Assembly: GCA_965178125.1 (NCBI GenBank)
Contig: OZ237736.1
Span: forward strand, 1,054,001 to 1,118,000
DNA: 64,000 nt
From: Bilabrum cf. latius
Taxonomy: Eukaryota
Direction: 5' to 3'
The notes beneath the pieces are model-generated. The model worked only from the letters and a program-made list of their open reading frames with translations. It was not told the origin of the DNA and did not search any database. A program made the position numbers and the translations under genes. This document shows, piece after piece, positions 49,817 through 63,400 of this stretch; within the stretch, counting starts at the first letter, position 1, and every line of letters begins with the position of its first letter.

Positions 49817-51836
49817 TCAAAGCTCCCTGCCGTTCGTCGCACCAGCCTTGGAGCGCAGCTCCTCCACATCGATGATGCCACAGGCAAACGCAGCAAGCAG
49901 CGCTGGCATCACAACGGAGACCGCACCAGCCAAGCACATCACAAAGCACCCAAGCCCCGACCACCAGCGGCGGGTACCAAACCTTGCTACCCCAGTAGCC
50001 GGTTGGCTGCCGTCGATCACAAGGTCGGTCGAGAGCCGATCTAGCCTCTGCCCGAGAGCGGTCCTCGAAAACTCGTCCACCACCCTCTACCTGCCAGCGG
50101 CACCCAGCTGCTTGGCGAGGCCGGAGCTCGATACCAATGCCTCCATCCGCGCTGCATACCCCGCTGGCCCCGTCAGCAGCTCAGCCTTGCCTCCCGTCCC
50201 ACTTCCGCTACTCGAACCAACCCCATCCCCGTCACCATGCCCACCAAATAGGCTGCCCTCGACCCCACCGCGTGACCTCGCCCGCCGCCTCCCACCCTTC
50301 TCCTTGCCCCAGCTTTGACCACCCTCTCCGCTCCTACTAGGCTCTTGCTCTTGCTCTTGCTGCTAAACCTCACTGCCCACATCCTCCCCCGCCGACTGCG
50401 CCAATCCAGCAGCGTACGCACCCGCCACCACGGCCCCGCCCGACGGAATCAGGTAACCGGTGACGCCGTGGCGAACCGTCTCGCAGGGTCCCCCGCTCCG
50501 GTCCGCAAGGACGGGGCAGCCCGCCTCCATGGCCTCCAGGGGAACAATACCAAAGTGCTCGTTGGGCGGTGTGTAGAGGACAGCTAAGGCACTATCAAGC
50601 AGCTGGACCTTCTGCTCGTCGCTGAACGAGCGCAGGAACTCCACCTGCGCGTCGGTTGTAAACGGTGCCTTCACGTCAGCCACGGTCAGTCCGGCGTCCA
50701 GCGCCATCTGCTTGAGCTCCTCGTGGTACTCTACGTTCTCGGCGACAGCTTCGTCGTATCCTCCGGCCACTACCAGCTTCACGCGCTTCCATGCCGCCTG
50801 TGATTCCACCAATTGTACTTCACTGGCCTCGTCCGTGCTGCCGTCCAAACTGGCACCGCCCGACGGAGAAGCCGCCAAGCCTTCCTGCACCCCACCTACC
50901 GCAGGCCTGCTTGCGCTCGACATCCTCTCATTCAGCTAGCACATGGCCTGCACCGCAATGTGCAGGGCCTTCTTTCGCTCAAACCGATTGATTGACAAGA
51001 ACACGTACCGGTCCCGGCCCGCGCTGGCGCCCTACTTTTTGCTGCCCTTGTGATGCTTGCCAGCGGCCGACGACTGCCCCTTGGCCTTGCTGCCCCTGCG
51101 GCGGGCCTGCGCGACCGCGGCTTGGTCGACACGGTCTTTGACAGGCACGCAAGGATACACGACTCCGACTGGGCTGTGCAGCGCAGAGGTCTGCACGAAG
51201 GTGCGCTCAATCACGCCTGCGGTAAACTTGCTGTTTGCAACGACCTTGTCTGCCATCGCGGTTGCGATGTCTTCGAACCAGTCGAATGGCAGCCGGTATA
51301 CCTTCTGCAGCAAACTTGCATGTGGGGCTAGCAGTTGATCGGGGAAATGACAATAGAAAAGAAGCCTGGAGTTTGGCGCTAGCACCCGCAGCACCGGAAG
51401 ATACGCGGAGACCTGGTCACACACGATCACGTCGTACCGATCATGCCAAAGGCACACGCAAACCGCAAGCCACATTGCACGAAGAATCGCGAACAATATA
51501 TGCAGCCGGTTGCTGATATGCCGCGGCAGATATCCATCGTACACGGTCACAGGAAAGTACGCACTGTTTCTGGTCTCCTAAAACGAGCGTTTCTCCTCAT
51601 ACCGCGAGGTGAACATATGAACATCATGACCCTGCAAAAGTTAAAGAGCAGGATGTTTGCCAGGATAGACGGTTGGCATCGAAGCGACAGCTGGGAGATT
51701 GACATCCAAACCGTATTCTTACCTGCTCGACCAGCCCAACCGCACAGTCGACGACAAGCCTTTCGGCACCACCCAGCCCGAGATCTGGATGCAGAAAGGC
51801 GATTTTAAGCTTTCGCCTCCGCAGCTCTTCTGGCAT
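49817..51836 (-). CDS. ALG2: Alpha-1,3/1,6-mannosyltransferase ALG2; intron 51632..51722
   Basis: IAFLHPDLGLGGAERLVVD, CDQVS, LFYCHFPDQLL, VANSKFT, FLSINRFERKK, LYTPPNEHFGIVPLEAM..SGGPCETV. TAG at 51032 and 50363, among others. Ends TGA. Confidence 0.93.
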
Positions 51837-52027
51837 TGCCAACGCTATGAGGCAACGTATTGGAGGCCCATTTGTGGATCCGATCAATTCTGCGGACCGT
51901 GAGGCATTCAGGACTCTGTGCAGCTTGGACGCCAACGAAGGATATTCTTCGACAGAATTTATTCGATTCTCCGTTACGATACCATAATTATCGAAAGCTC
52001 TTGCTAGGTCGGCGATACAGCGCCGCC

Positions 52028-55000
52028 ATGTCGGGCTCTCGTCCGGATGAGAAAGGCGACGAGCGAGATGGTGCGCATGTACCCGATTCCGGTGGATCCG
52101 CGGAAAAGAAAACTAAGTGGAAGCGAGTACGGCGCGGGGACAGAGGTAGAAACAGAGGGAATGGCTCCAAGAAACGATCCGGCGCTGGGGCTGCGGCCAG
52201 CGGGGGCGCGGCAGACCGACCAAGACGAGCAGATCGAGGAAAGCCAGGGGAAGAAGCGTCCGCACGTGCCCCACCCGAACCTCCCGTCAGCTCTGTAGTG
52301 CTAAGACACATGCAAGAGGCAGGGAATATTTCAAAGTTTCTGTCGAGGCGACCACCATTGGACTAGCTGGTACAGCGGAACATCGTACGTACACAGACTG
52401 GCGTAGACCCCTCGCTGACATCGATCGAGCTAGCAGTCCGCAGATAGATGGACAAGGATGCAATAAGTCGCGCGCTTAGGCACCGTCCATCCGCCGACGA
52501 CCTTCGCGCGCGGGGCATCCTCAAAGGTGAGCCTCGCATCTGCGCCTTGCCCGTGCCTGTTCGTAGATGTCCAGCACGATCCATCCATCCAGTTTCTTTT
52601 CTTCATTTAAACATGCACAGATGAAGGTTTCTCTGGTGTCCTGGTGCACCACCAGCTGCAGAGCCTACAGGACAAGCTGGCGCACCGCCCCGGGCTGGCA
52701 GAGCTCAGGCGTGCCTCCGTCCTGCGAGATGTGATGCTGTGGACCAGGCTGGACCTGCCGCAGTAGACGCCGCTGCCGCCCCGAAGCTGCCACACCGCTA
52801 CGCTGGTTGGACGCAAGGTATACGTCCTGGGTGGAATCTCAGAGTTTGGTATTTCCAGCGCGCCTGACGTCCTTGACATAGACTCGTCCTGCTGGATCCG
52901 CACCACGGTGTTCGGGTCGGATGGGTATCCCATGGCAGTGGGGCCCAGGGGGGAATCTGTACCGATCCGATCAGACGCCAGGCTTCCTGCCGCTGTCCCT
53001 GCTGCCCACCCACGAGTGGCTCCAGCCAGGTACAGCAGCCCGCCGCAGCCCCACGCACATGCACATGCACATGCACATGCACATGCACAGGCAGACTCTC
53101 ACCCCTTGCGGGCCAACTAGTCGAGCTCGCCTCCAGGGGCCAGCCCCTCTTCGGCGGACGCGCCAGGTGCCGCCGCAGGAGGGGCGGCAGGGGAGAGCAA
53201 TCCAAGCTCCGCCACTGCCAGTGGCTCCGCTCCTGTTCCTGCTCCTGCTCCTGCTGCAGCGCACAAAGGCGGCCAAGCAGAGGCACCCGTAGCTGCAGCA
53301 GTTCGTCCTGCAGGTAGACCCCCGCGAGTGCCGACGGAGCAAGGCAGCAAGCATTTGCGTGGGGGCGCCGCAGTTGCCGTGACGACAGCTCCGTCCTCCA
53401 CAACAGCCGGGGCTGCATTCATGCCGTCTCAAATCGCGTTGGAAACAGTACCGGTGCCGCGTTACGCCCACACTGCCGTTGCGTTCGGTAGGAGCATCTT
53501 GGTGTTTGGGGGATTCGGAGCGGGCCGGTGGCTCAATGACTTGTGGCTTCTGGATACAAGGAACAACTCTTGGAGGCCAGTGCAGGCGCGGGGCTCCCCG
53601 CCCGAACCTCGAGCAGCGCATGCGGCGGTGCGGTGCTCTGTCGACGGGAAGGATTCTATGCTCGTGGTCGGCGGCAACGATGGATCGAGCCTGTACGGCG
53701 ACGTGTGGCAGCTGGACACCACCACGCTGACTTGGATCAAGCTGCAGGTGAAGGGCACGAAGGTTCGCCCGAGGGCAGGGCACTCGCTCTCAGTTGTGGG
53801 CAACTTTGCCGTTTTGTTCGGTGGCAGCCGCGGGTGGAGCACAGAAACTTTCTCGGACGTGCTTGCTCTAGACTTGGCGAGAAAGACATGGCTCCGCGTG
53901 AATGCGTCTGGTCTGAGTCCGCCGGCAGCAAGGTCCGGGCATGGCACGTGCGCCATTGGGAATCGCGTGTTCATCTTTGGCGGGGGTGACAGCAAGTGCG
54001 TGTTCAACGACATGCACGTGATGGAGCTGGATGTGCCGGTCGGAGCTGCCGCCGGCCAAGAAGCTGCTGCCATTGCAGCTGCCCAGAGCCGTGGCACCAG
54101 GGTCCGGAGCGGGTCCAAGAGCGGCGGGAGGCGTCCTCAGCCCCGCTCTCGCATCAACGTGGCTTGGCTAGACGTGGAGGACACGGGCGGGATACCGTCG
54201 CCGCGATCAGGTCACACGCTGACCGCCGTTGGCGATGACCTGCTCCTGATTGGAGGGGCCACACCCGCTGGCCAGAGGTTCTCTGATGCCTACACGCTGG
54301 ACACAAGGTTTGCTGACTACTCCAGCAACAGGTCGCCGTAGGCACAGGCACCAGAAGCGGCCGCTTCAGCCGGTGCTGGTGCGGCAGATCCATCCTCTCA
54401 GGGAAGTGCGGGGCGAAATCGGCTCCAGTCTGCCGCCTCTGGCGCACCCAGCGGGGCACCTGCACCCGATGCTGCTGCTGCTGCGACTGGCACTGGCACT
54501 GGCACTGGCACTGGCACTGGCACTGGCACTGGCACTGGCAGCGGGGAAGACCCAAGCGACTGGCCGGCTGGCGGTGCCATTGATGCCCCCCTTGCGGGGG
54601 CAAGCGCTTCGAAAGTGCTCGCGAGCAGCACGGGGGGCGCGCCCCGAGTGAGGACAGCATCAGAGGACAGCTCCAGGACAGGCGCATCGCTGGCGAGCGC
54701 CGATCCGTCGCGAGAGTCTGCCGCTGCATCTGCGACAGAACCTGTGCGCTCGAGGTCCTACCGGGGTCAGGGGCGACCCCTCATCCGCGAGTCGCACCGC
54801 CTCGTCGCGGTGCAGTCGTGTGACGAGCTGTAGCAGGCCCTGGATCGGCTGCAGATGAGGGCCGGTGTGTTCCTTGGAGCAAGCGCTCTGGTGCACGCGG
54901 GCCGCGATTTTGGAGGCGAGCGTGGTGCTGCGGGGGTTGGCCCTAACCCCACCGTGGAGGAGTCTCCTAGTGTGTCGCCAGACCTCTCTGCATTGGCTGA

Positions 55001-55406
55001 CGCTGACATCGCCAGGAGGGGCGGTGCAGGGCTAGAGACCCCCCCACGCGTGCGGGGGGACCAATGCAGCGGGGGGAGCTTGGCGCTAGCTCATGCCGGG
55101 GGGGGCACGGGGCACTGGCCGGGGTAGGCATCTGGGGCAGGGGTGCAGGGTCAGGTGACTGCGGGGCCCGGCTTTGCGCCATCGGTGCACGGGGCAGGTG
55201 CTCAGGCTGGGCACCAAGCCCGGCTGTCTGCTCGCCTGGCGCTCGAGGCGATGAGACGATCTGTGGACGAGCGGTATAGGTCTGTTCTAGCGCATGTTCA
55301 GTAGCAGCGCCTGGTAGCCCTTGGAGAAATCGATGCTACAATCAGATACGTTGACGCGACGTTTGCCGCTGATGGGGTTGGAGCAGCTGGCAGTCCGCCC
55401 GGTTGA
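52028..55406 (+). CDS. RPEL-repeat plus kelch-repeat beta-propeller protein; intron 52527..52620
   Basis: Three RPEL-like motifs (LSRRPPLD*LVQRNI, LRHRPSADDLRARGIL, LAHRPGLAELRRASVL). Kelch repeats PRSCHTAT, PRYAHTAV, PRAAHAAV, PRAGHSLS, ARSGHGTC, PRSGHTLT. Ends TGA at 55404-55406. Confidence 0.82.
53055..53088 (+). repeat. (GCACAT)n coding microsatellite, Ala-His repeat
   Basis: Tandem gcacat units are directly visible. Confidence 0.9.
54486..54540 (+). repeat. (ACTGGC)n coding microsatellite, Thr-Gly repeat
   Basis: About nine tandem actggc units. Confidence 0.9.
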
Positions 55407-55716
55407 TGTGAGGCGAGTGAGACATCGACTCAAGGACTTATTGAGGTGTGTAAGAAGCCTTCTTTTGTTTCGCAAGGCACCTGGTGTCATTCCTGCGCGC
55501 GTCGGGTGGAAAACACCACAATGCGAACGTTCTCCAGCGAACCGCAATAATGATGGAGCGGTTTCAGGGCGGGTAGTCACCGTTCGTACTGGGGTTCATA
55601 GCCTCTAAAGCAAGTATTCATTCGCGCCTACAGTATAAATCTGTGTGTACCTAGCTACTTTTCCCGGAATTGAGCATTACTTAGATTTAAGAACGACACG
55701 ATCGGCCCGTGGCATC

Positions 55717-58700
55717 ATGACAGACCGGGGTGACGGCGACGTTCCTCAAGACGAAGCCATGGACATGGGAGGTTTTGCAGTGCGAGACCTTGATAACGGC
55801 TAGATTAGTGAAATTATCGACGCTGGTTCCAGGTGAGCCGCCCACCGTCCCATGTGACTTCGACTGCTAGCTGCGATTTCTCTGCACATTCCTCTGCGAA
55901 TTTAGCTCCACCCACACTAGCAGCTCTTCGCAAACGCCACTGCACGCCATGTACTCGGTCGAAGAGCACAGGATCATTGATGAATCTAATGGTGAGCTCT
56001 GCACCGCACGGAGGCAACAACGAAGAAACGCCAAGTTGGTCGACGGGTTGCGGGCTTGTTGCCTGCTGCGCAGCAAAGATGCTGCACCGCAGTTCACGCC
56101 TTTCACTGAATTTTAGTATTTTTATTTGAGCAGGTGACGAACCTGCTTCCGGTGGCTCTTCTGGCGAGACCGTGCGACCGTACCTGTCCTATGGCGATGC
56201 TATTGAAGTCGAAGTAGTCGGGAACGGGATCGCCAGAGATAGCAGAGGACCGTTTACAGCATATTGCATACGAGTACGGCGGCACACCGCGGGGGGATTC
56301 CAGGAGTGGTTTGTCTACAAGCGGTATTCACAGTTTCGGGACCTGAAGTACTACCTTCGGCTTCACAAAGCTATTGAGGTTCCGTGCGAGTTCCCTGGCA
56401 AGCGGGTTTGGAACATTTTCGAGAGGGAATTCCTCTCGCAAAGGCAGGCGGCCTTGGGGCTGTGGATGAGTAGCATGCTTCGGTGCCGGCGGCTGCCGGG
56501 CGCGGGCGCCACCCCGGAACCGCCCCCGAGCCCTGCCCTGGTGGCCCGCGCTGCCTCCATGTCGAGGCGGCCTTGCGAGATGCTAGCGTACAGGTAGGTC
56601 ATTCAGTTTCTCTGCGAAGACACGGAAGTGCCGCCTGAGTATAGCGGGGGCATACCCTCCGCGCGGTCTGCAGGAGGGGGCGCGGGCGCTGCAGAGGGCA
56701 AATCGGACGACGGCTCGGCATCGGGCGCCGCGCGCGCACCGGCTGCAGCCGCTGCCAGCCCGGCGCAACCAAGCCCTGCCCTTCCCTCTACTGCTGCAGC
56801 GGCACTGCCTTCCTCTGGCGTCACAGGCTCGGGCTCGGGCTCGAGCTCTAGGACTGGTCCTAGGGTCGCGGGCCCTCGGTCCAGGGGCCCTCCCCAGTCC
56901 TCCTCTCGAGTGCCGGGGGCGGCGGCAGGCGGCTCAGGCTCCAGGGGTCCACCGCTCCCCAAACGCAAGACTAAGCGGTCTGCGATCGGAGTGGAATCCT
57001 TCGACTACCTGAAGGTGGTGGGCAAGGGGGCCTTCGGCAAGGTGCTGGTGGTGCGCAAGAAGGACACGGGGAAGGTTTACGCCATGAAGGTGCTGGAGAA
57101 GCAGAGCATCATCAAGAGGAAGCAGGTCGCGCACACGCAGACGGAGCGGAGGGTCCTCGGATTTACCCGGCACAGCTTTATCGTGGGGCTTCACTTTGCC
57201 TTCTAGAACAAGGAGAGACTGTTCTTCGTCCTGGACTACTGCGCGGGAGGCGAGCTCTTCTTCCACCTGTCGAGGCTGGGCAGGTTTCAGGAGCCCATGG
57301 CGCGCTTCTACACGGCAGAGCTGGTCCTGGCGCTGGAGCACCTGCACAACAAGGGCGTGGTGTACAGGGACCTCAAGCCCGAGAACGTGCTGCTGGACGC
57401 CAAAGGACACATCAGGCTGGCGGACTTTGGCCTATCCAAGGAAGGCGTCAACTCTGCTCTTGCGGGAACCACGTCGTTCTGCGGCACGCCCGAGTACCTG
57501 GCGCCCGAGATCCTCGACAGGCAGCCTGGAGGGTACGGCAACGCCGTGGACTGGTGGTCCCTAGGCATGCTGCTGTACGAGATGCTCACTGGCTTGCCCC
57601 CTTGGTACACCAAGGACCGCAAGAAGCTCTACGCGAAACTGCGGTCTGCGCCCCTCGTGTTCCCTGACTACGTCGGTGGCGTGGCTCGCGATTTGATTGC
57701 CGGTCTCCTGGACCGCGATCCGCTGAAACGGCTGGGGTCGGGCCCCTCTGGCTCGAACGACATCAAGGGGCACCCTTTCTTCCGCAAGATCGACTGGTCT
57801 AGGCTGCTCAAGAGAGAGCTGCGACCCCCGCTGCAGCCTGTCAGCTCGAGGGCGAGCGGCGCAGACACGGGCAACTTCGACAAGGAGTTCACGGAGCTAG
57901 ACGTTGAGAAGGAGCTCAAGTCCAAGCACGGGCTGAGGAGAGACAAGCCGAGCGATGACCCAGAGAAAAAGAAGAAGGAGTACCGCCAGCAGGCACGGCT
58001 AGCGAGGGCTGGTCCCGGTGCCAACGCGAGCGACAGTGACGGCAGCCCTGGGTCTATTCGGAGGGCCAGCTCCGCTTCCACCACCATGCCTTACTTTAAG
58101 GACTTTACCTTTGAGGCCGGCAACGAGCTGCGGAGGGGCTCCAGGGCCGGGTCGTACGCCAGCCCCCTGGTGCCGAGCGACCTGCTGAGGCACGCGAGCC
58201 GCACCTCCTCGCCCAGCTTTGGCCCGCTGGATGCCATGGGGCAGGCCATCGGAGGTGCAGGCGTGGGATTGGGCTCGGGCTCTGGCACGGGGGGTTCGCC
58301 TAGGGCTGAAGGGGTGCTGCGAGCCGCCCCAGCGCGAGAAACCTCCGAGCTGGGCATGATGGCGGGTGGAAGCGAGGGCCAGACCGGCGTGGACGACCTC
58401 GTGGGAATGCACCTGCGGCCCAGCCCCGACTTGGGCCCTGGCAGCGCACCCCTAGGGCCCCCGGGAGCGGGGCACGCGAGCATGCTGCCGCCCTCGGCTG
58501 CTGGCTCTGTTCGCTCCCAGCCCCCACCTCCACCCCCTGTCGAACGCGAAGCAGAGGAGCGGCCCATCTCACCGGGCCTGGCCGCCGCCATGCAGAGCCA
58601 CCCGTCCGGCGCGGCCAGGAGGCATGCAGGCGGGCTGGGTTCGGGCAGGGCCGCTGGGGCGCGTGCAGGCAGCGGGCGGACGGCGGGCGGGCTGGCGTCG

Positions 58701-58955
58701 CCGCTGTCCTCCAACGGAACGGCGGGGACAAGGGTGCGGACCAGGCCGCAGATGCCGCGCAGCGGCGTGCTTCGCATGGGGCTGCGCACCTCCCCTGGTC
58801 AAGGGCGGGGTGCGGCTGCGCCATCCAGCGGGGGGCAAAGCACCCTCGGTTCGCGCGGGGGTTAGCGGCCAGGCCCGCGAGGGCTTGGTGGGCTGGCTGG
58901 TGTGATGGGTGGCAACGCGCGGCGGGCTGGCGGGGCCGGCAGAGGCGGCACATGA
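55717..58955 (+). CDS. PX-domain AGC-family Ser/Thr kinase (SGK3/Akt-like); introns 55833..55923 and 55992..56133
   Basis: PX: FTAYCIRV..WFVYKRYSQFRDL..FPGKR..FLSQRQAAL. Kinase: VVGKGAFGKV, YAMKVL, FAF*NKERLFFVLDY, YRDLKPEN, DFG, SFCGTPEYLAPE, NFDKEFT, hydrophobic motif FKDFTF. Ends TGA at 58953-58955. Confidence 0.92.
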
Positions 58956-59445
58956 GTCTGCGGCGATGCGATGCGAGGCCAGGTGGGGTAAGCGAGCTAG
59001 GAAGCGAGCTTAATGGTGCTGTTGGTGTCACGGTACGGTGTGACATCTGTCTTGTAGATCTCGATAATATCCGCGCTTGGCCTCAAGCAGCCGTTGGAAA
59101 TTGGCGCTGAAAGGTCATGCGCGCGCTGGCGCCATGCGAGTTGGGCCACACTTGTGCTTCGCTGCATGCAATGCCATTCGTTGCATTGCATCGCAGCGCT
59201 GCACACGCTGCCGCGGTGGAAGTCGTGCCGACCCAAGCATCGTGAGGTGCTTCTTGCGCGCTTCTGCTTCGTGCAGCCCTGTGTTGCCGCTCCATGGACT
59301 GCTATCAGCGTTCGTTAGTCTTCGGATCTGAAACCGTGTATAGATTATGCTGAACCAATTACTGGCGCCATACACAATGATTCGAGCAAGACACGCGCAG
59401 GAATACACAACAAGCACACTGACTAGATGCCTTGCGTTTGCTCGA

Positions 59446-60270
59446 TCACGTGCCTGGCTTTGCGCCCATGAGCCCGCTGCTGGTGAAAAACCGCTTCATC
59501 CACGGGTCCGATTTGTGGACACCAATGGTCTCTGGAACGAGCACTTCGTATCCGAACGGGATTGATCCCTTCGACTTGAACTCTATTCTTGGCAAATGGC
59601 TCGTCTATGATGCCGCTGATGATGCGATGCCAAGAATCGCCTTCCGCAGAGATACGTCTAGCTCCAGCTCGCGCTGGCGCTGGACGGCCTTCTCTTCCTC
59701 AGACGCCGCGAGCTTGCGCCGGGTAGTATCAGCAAGAATTGACATCTACCATCTCTCCCTGCGAAAAATCATTCAGAATGTTGCCTCCGAATAAGGCGTG
59801 CGACCGCAGCACAAATTCGACCAGCGCCACGGTCGGACAGCCACTCTCACCAGGTTATTTTCTCGCGTGACTGCATGCCAAAGAATCCACTCTTAGATCT
59901 CTCAGAATAAAAGCGTAGTTCAAACTAAAACCGGACAAGTGTCTCGCTAACTTCCTTGCTAGCGTCTTGAACTTCCGTTACGGCTTGCTCGACTTGCTCG
60001 GTTACATCAACATCGACAGCGCGGGGATACTCCACGGAAAACATCTCGGAGCCTTCCTGCGCTGATCACAAGACTAAAACACTCGCCTGTTGGGTTCATT
60101 TATTGTGATATCTTGCCATATGGGCTCCTGCAGGATGTTCTTACTATTTTTGGTTTGACAACCCCGAGGCTCCTTGTAAATAGTATTGTGTGAAGTAATG
60201 CCCGGACTACATCCGATACAACGATATATTCGCACCGAATCTCGCTAACTCGGTGCAAAGCTGCGTTCAT
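59446..60270 (-). CDS. ATG101: Autophagy-related protein 101 (HORMA); introns 60057..60144 and 59759..59850
   Basis: MN..DVVRALLHTILFTRSLGVVKP, LRFYSERSKSGFFG..EKITW|ERW, HLPRI..PFGYEV. Contains in-frame TAGs. Ends TGA. Confidence 0.8.
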
Positions 60271-60415
60271 TGCCCCACACAGAGGCCTAGAAAATACTTC
60301 GGTTCGTAGACTAGTTGCCGCACGCTTGGGACGAAGGTTCGGTGAGTGGTTCGCTAGAGCTAGGGACTGGATTTTACAGTTTAGAGCAACCAAAACATGT
60401 TCTCTATAGCTTGAA

Positions 60416-63400
60416 ATGGGTGTGAAGAATTTATGGAAGCTTATGGGGCCTGCTGGCAGACGGATTGCGATCGAAACGCTCCGTGGCAAGGTGAGAGTGT
60501 CGACACTATCAACTGCGTGGGTAGTATTCCCGGCAATTATTCACGCCTCGCACATGTCAAATTGCATATTTCCAAGCTTAACATTGTACTTACATAGTAT
60601 TGCAGGCGCTTGCGGTTGATGCAAGTATATGGATCACGTAGTTCATCAAGGCCATGCGCGATTCCGATGGGAACATAATCTAGAATGCACATGTCCTGGG
60701 GACGCTGAGAAGGATATGCAGGTTATTATTCCATAGGATTCGTCCTGTCTTTGTGTTTGATGGAGGAACACCAGTGTTGAAACGCCGAACCGTGCTGAAG
60801 CGAACGATGGCACGCCAATCTCAATCTGCGTAGCTTTAGAGAGCAGCCTAGAAACTCGTGCTGAATATGGTCCGGCAGCAGTAGATTCACAAGAGATAGG
60901 GACACTCTAGGAAGGGCAAGCGCGGACCTGCAGCTGCCAATCGTACTCCTGCCAGCGCAGCCGTGGCCTCGATGTCAACTGCAAGCCGAGCCAAAGTACC
61001 AGATGGCTCTTCATCGGAGTCAGGCAGCGATATAGAGATGACAGCCGGGGCCCTTAGCGGGAGAGGTACTGGGAACAGGTACTGGAGAGTTCCAAAGTCA
61101 GAGATCGAGGCCAGGTAGGAAACAGTCCGCCAGCGTGCTCGCCGTGCTGCGTCTGCATCCAAATCATCTAAAGCAGGCCCCGGCAGGCTCAGGAAACGGG
61201 GTCGAAAGTCTCAGAAACTTGCATCCTCTGGATCGAACAGCTCGGGAAAGTCGTCCTCGGTGGCTAACGGTGGGCATTCGATGCCCCATTCGATGTCCGC
61301 AACAGAAGGTGCGGACTAGCGGCTTGCACGAAAGTAGTCTGGCGGGGCCGCAGCGGACGATGTGCTAGAGAGCGAGAGCGAGGACGAAGGCGGATACGAG
61401 GATTTTGACGTCGGCACTGGTGGGGAGTTCCCACCGTCCGTGCCTGTCGTTTCGAACGCCGACGACGTGGACTTCAGCGTGCTCAAGTCGCTCCCACCCA
61501 GCATGCAGCAGGAGTACGTCGACGAGGTGAAGAGGGTACGGCGGCAGGCCTCCCGCAGCAGGATGCTCCCGGTCGCCGCAGATCCTCAGGGCTTCAGCCA
61601 GCTCTCCCTAGGCTCCTTCCTGAAAGACGCCTCCCTCAGCATCGCGGTGGACAAGATGAACAGGCAGCAGGCCAAGGAGGCCATGCAAGGGAACGTCATC
61701 GTGTCCGAGGCGAACCGCCAGTTCCTCCTGGTCAAGGACGGCGAGGCGGACGCAGCCATTCAGGAAGCGATGCAAGCGGGAGAGATTAGTGGGCGCAACC
61801 TGATTGAAGATGCTGGCGCGAGTCGTGGAGTTGTGTCCGGTGATGACCAGAGCGGGCACGCTGCTGCTAGTATGACATTGGACTTGAACGAGTCCGATTT
61901 GGGCTCTGCAGCTGAATGTGGGCAGCCAAAGTTAAAGCAGACGGGAGACTCACCGTCGCTACTTTCGGCTGCTGGCTCGAAGCGCGGCATAGTAGAAGTG
62001 GACTCCGGTGGCCTGATCAGGGCAGCCAATCGCTACCCGTCCATGTCGCTCAGCATCGATGCCACTGAAGGCGATTTCGAGGATGCGTCAGAAGAAGAAG
62101 AAGTAGAATCTACTTAGACTAAATCGAGTCTCCCTCAGCACGGGACAGAATCTCACCGTGGGCCGCGCAGTACCACCGCAGAAGACGGCTCGCTGTCCCA
62201 CAACAAGAAGCCTTCGCTGGAGCATGAGACTGAAACGGCCAGACTGGCTGCAGTAGCCGAAGCTCTTGGACTGTCAGTCGCAGAGGCTGCGAAGCTGGTA
62301 CAGACCGGCACATAGTCCGGGCAAACCGAGGCGTGCGACGAGCAGCATTCCACAGCATCTGAATCGGGCAGTGATGGATGGGAGGACGCGGAGGAGGCAG
62401 CAAGCGACCAAGACAGCGCGGATGCGCATACATCTTCTGGAGTCGAGGCCGAGGTCCCAAGTGCAAACTGTGCGGTGCTGGATTCTAGCAAGGAATACTG
62501 CGACGGCAAAAGGGGCGAGACTAAGCCGGTCGATAGCGATGGTGAAGAGTATGTGCTGGAAGGCGGGGGTGGATTCTTCATGGAGCCAGACGCAGGCACT
62601 GTTCATGACGATGAGTCACGCCCTGTGCCGGGCTTTGACGGAAAAGTTGCTGATTCTAATGCTGGCGTTTGTGCAGAAGCAACTAAGGTCAGTATTGTGC
62701 CTTTGGAAAGCAGTGATGCTTCCGAGCCACACGGTGTTGTTGCTGGAGATTCGGATGACCAGTTAGCTGTGAGCCAATTAGATGTAAGCGAGGGCGCCGA
62801 TGGTGGGGCCGGCGGCTTCATTCCTGAGACGAGGTAGTAGCAGTCGGCAGGACGAGCTTCAAGCTCTATCGATTCCGATGAGGCTAACAACGAAGCTAGT
62901 GCTGCATCAGGTAGTACATAGGGAGCAGCACCACCTCATCAACTGTACGGCGCTGCGCAAACTGCAGCTGCAAGCACTATCCCGATCATTGGCCAGGATG
63001 AATCCGGTTTGAGTTCATAGAAAGGTTCTGCTGTGAAGGGTGAACATAGCGCCCGGCTGTCCCATGGCGCTGGGTCCAGCTCTAGTGCGGAATAGGCTGC
63101 TCTGGACGAGGCGCTGAAGATGGCTGGCTCCATGGCTGGCTGGGCTGGCGCTGCGATGCGTCGGGCAGTCCAGGCCACTACCGGAAAAGCTGTGCAGCCG
63201 GTTCTCCCAACCGGCCAGCCGTCGAGTTCCACACCATCAAAGGTGCGAGCTGGTGCCTCAAGCGCTGCGTCGTCCCGCGACGAGCAGGCTGCTAGTGACC
63301 CGCACGCTGTTCAGCAATATAGCAATCTAGAGGCCGGTAACAGCACTGTGCAACCAACGGATTGCGCGATTGACAGGGGATCGACCGGTGTGAGTTAGGT

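Noticed and set aside
54486-54540. Hexamer tandem repeats as a CRISPR array or telomeric repeat
   Set aside because: There are no spacers and they are not a telomere-type unit. They are in-frame coding microsatellites.
58956-59445. Short ORFs between the kinase and ATG101
   Set aside because: This is a convergent 3' UTR/intergenic region with no recognisable motifs.
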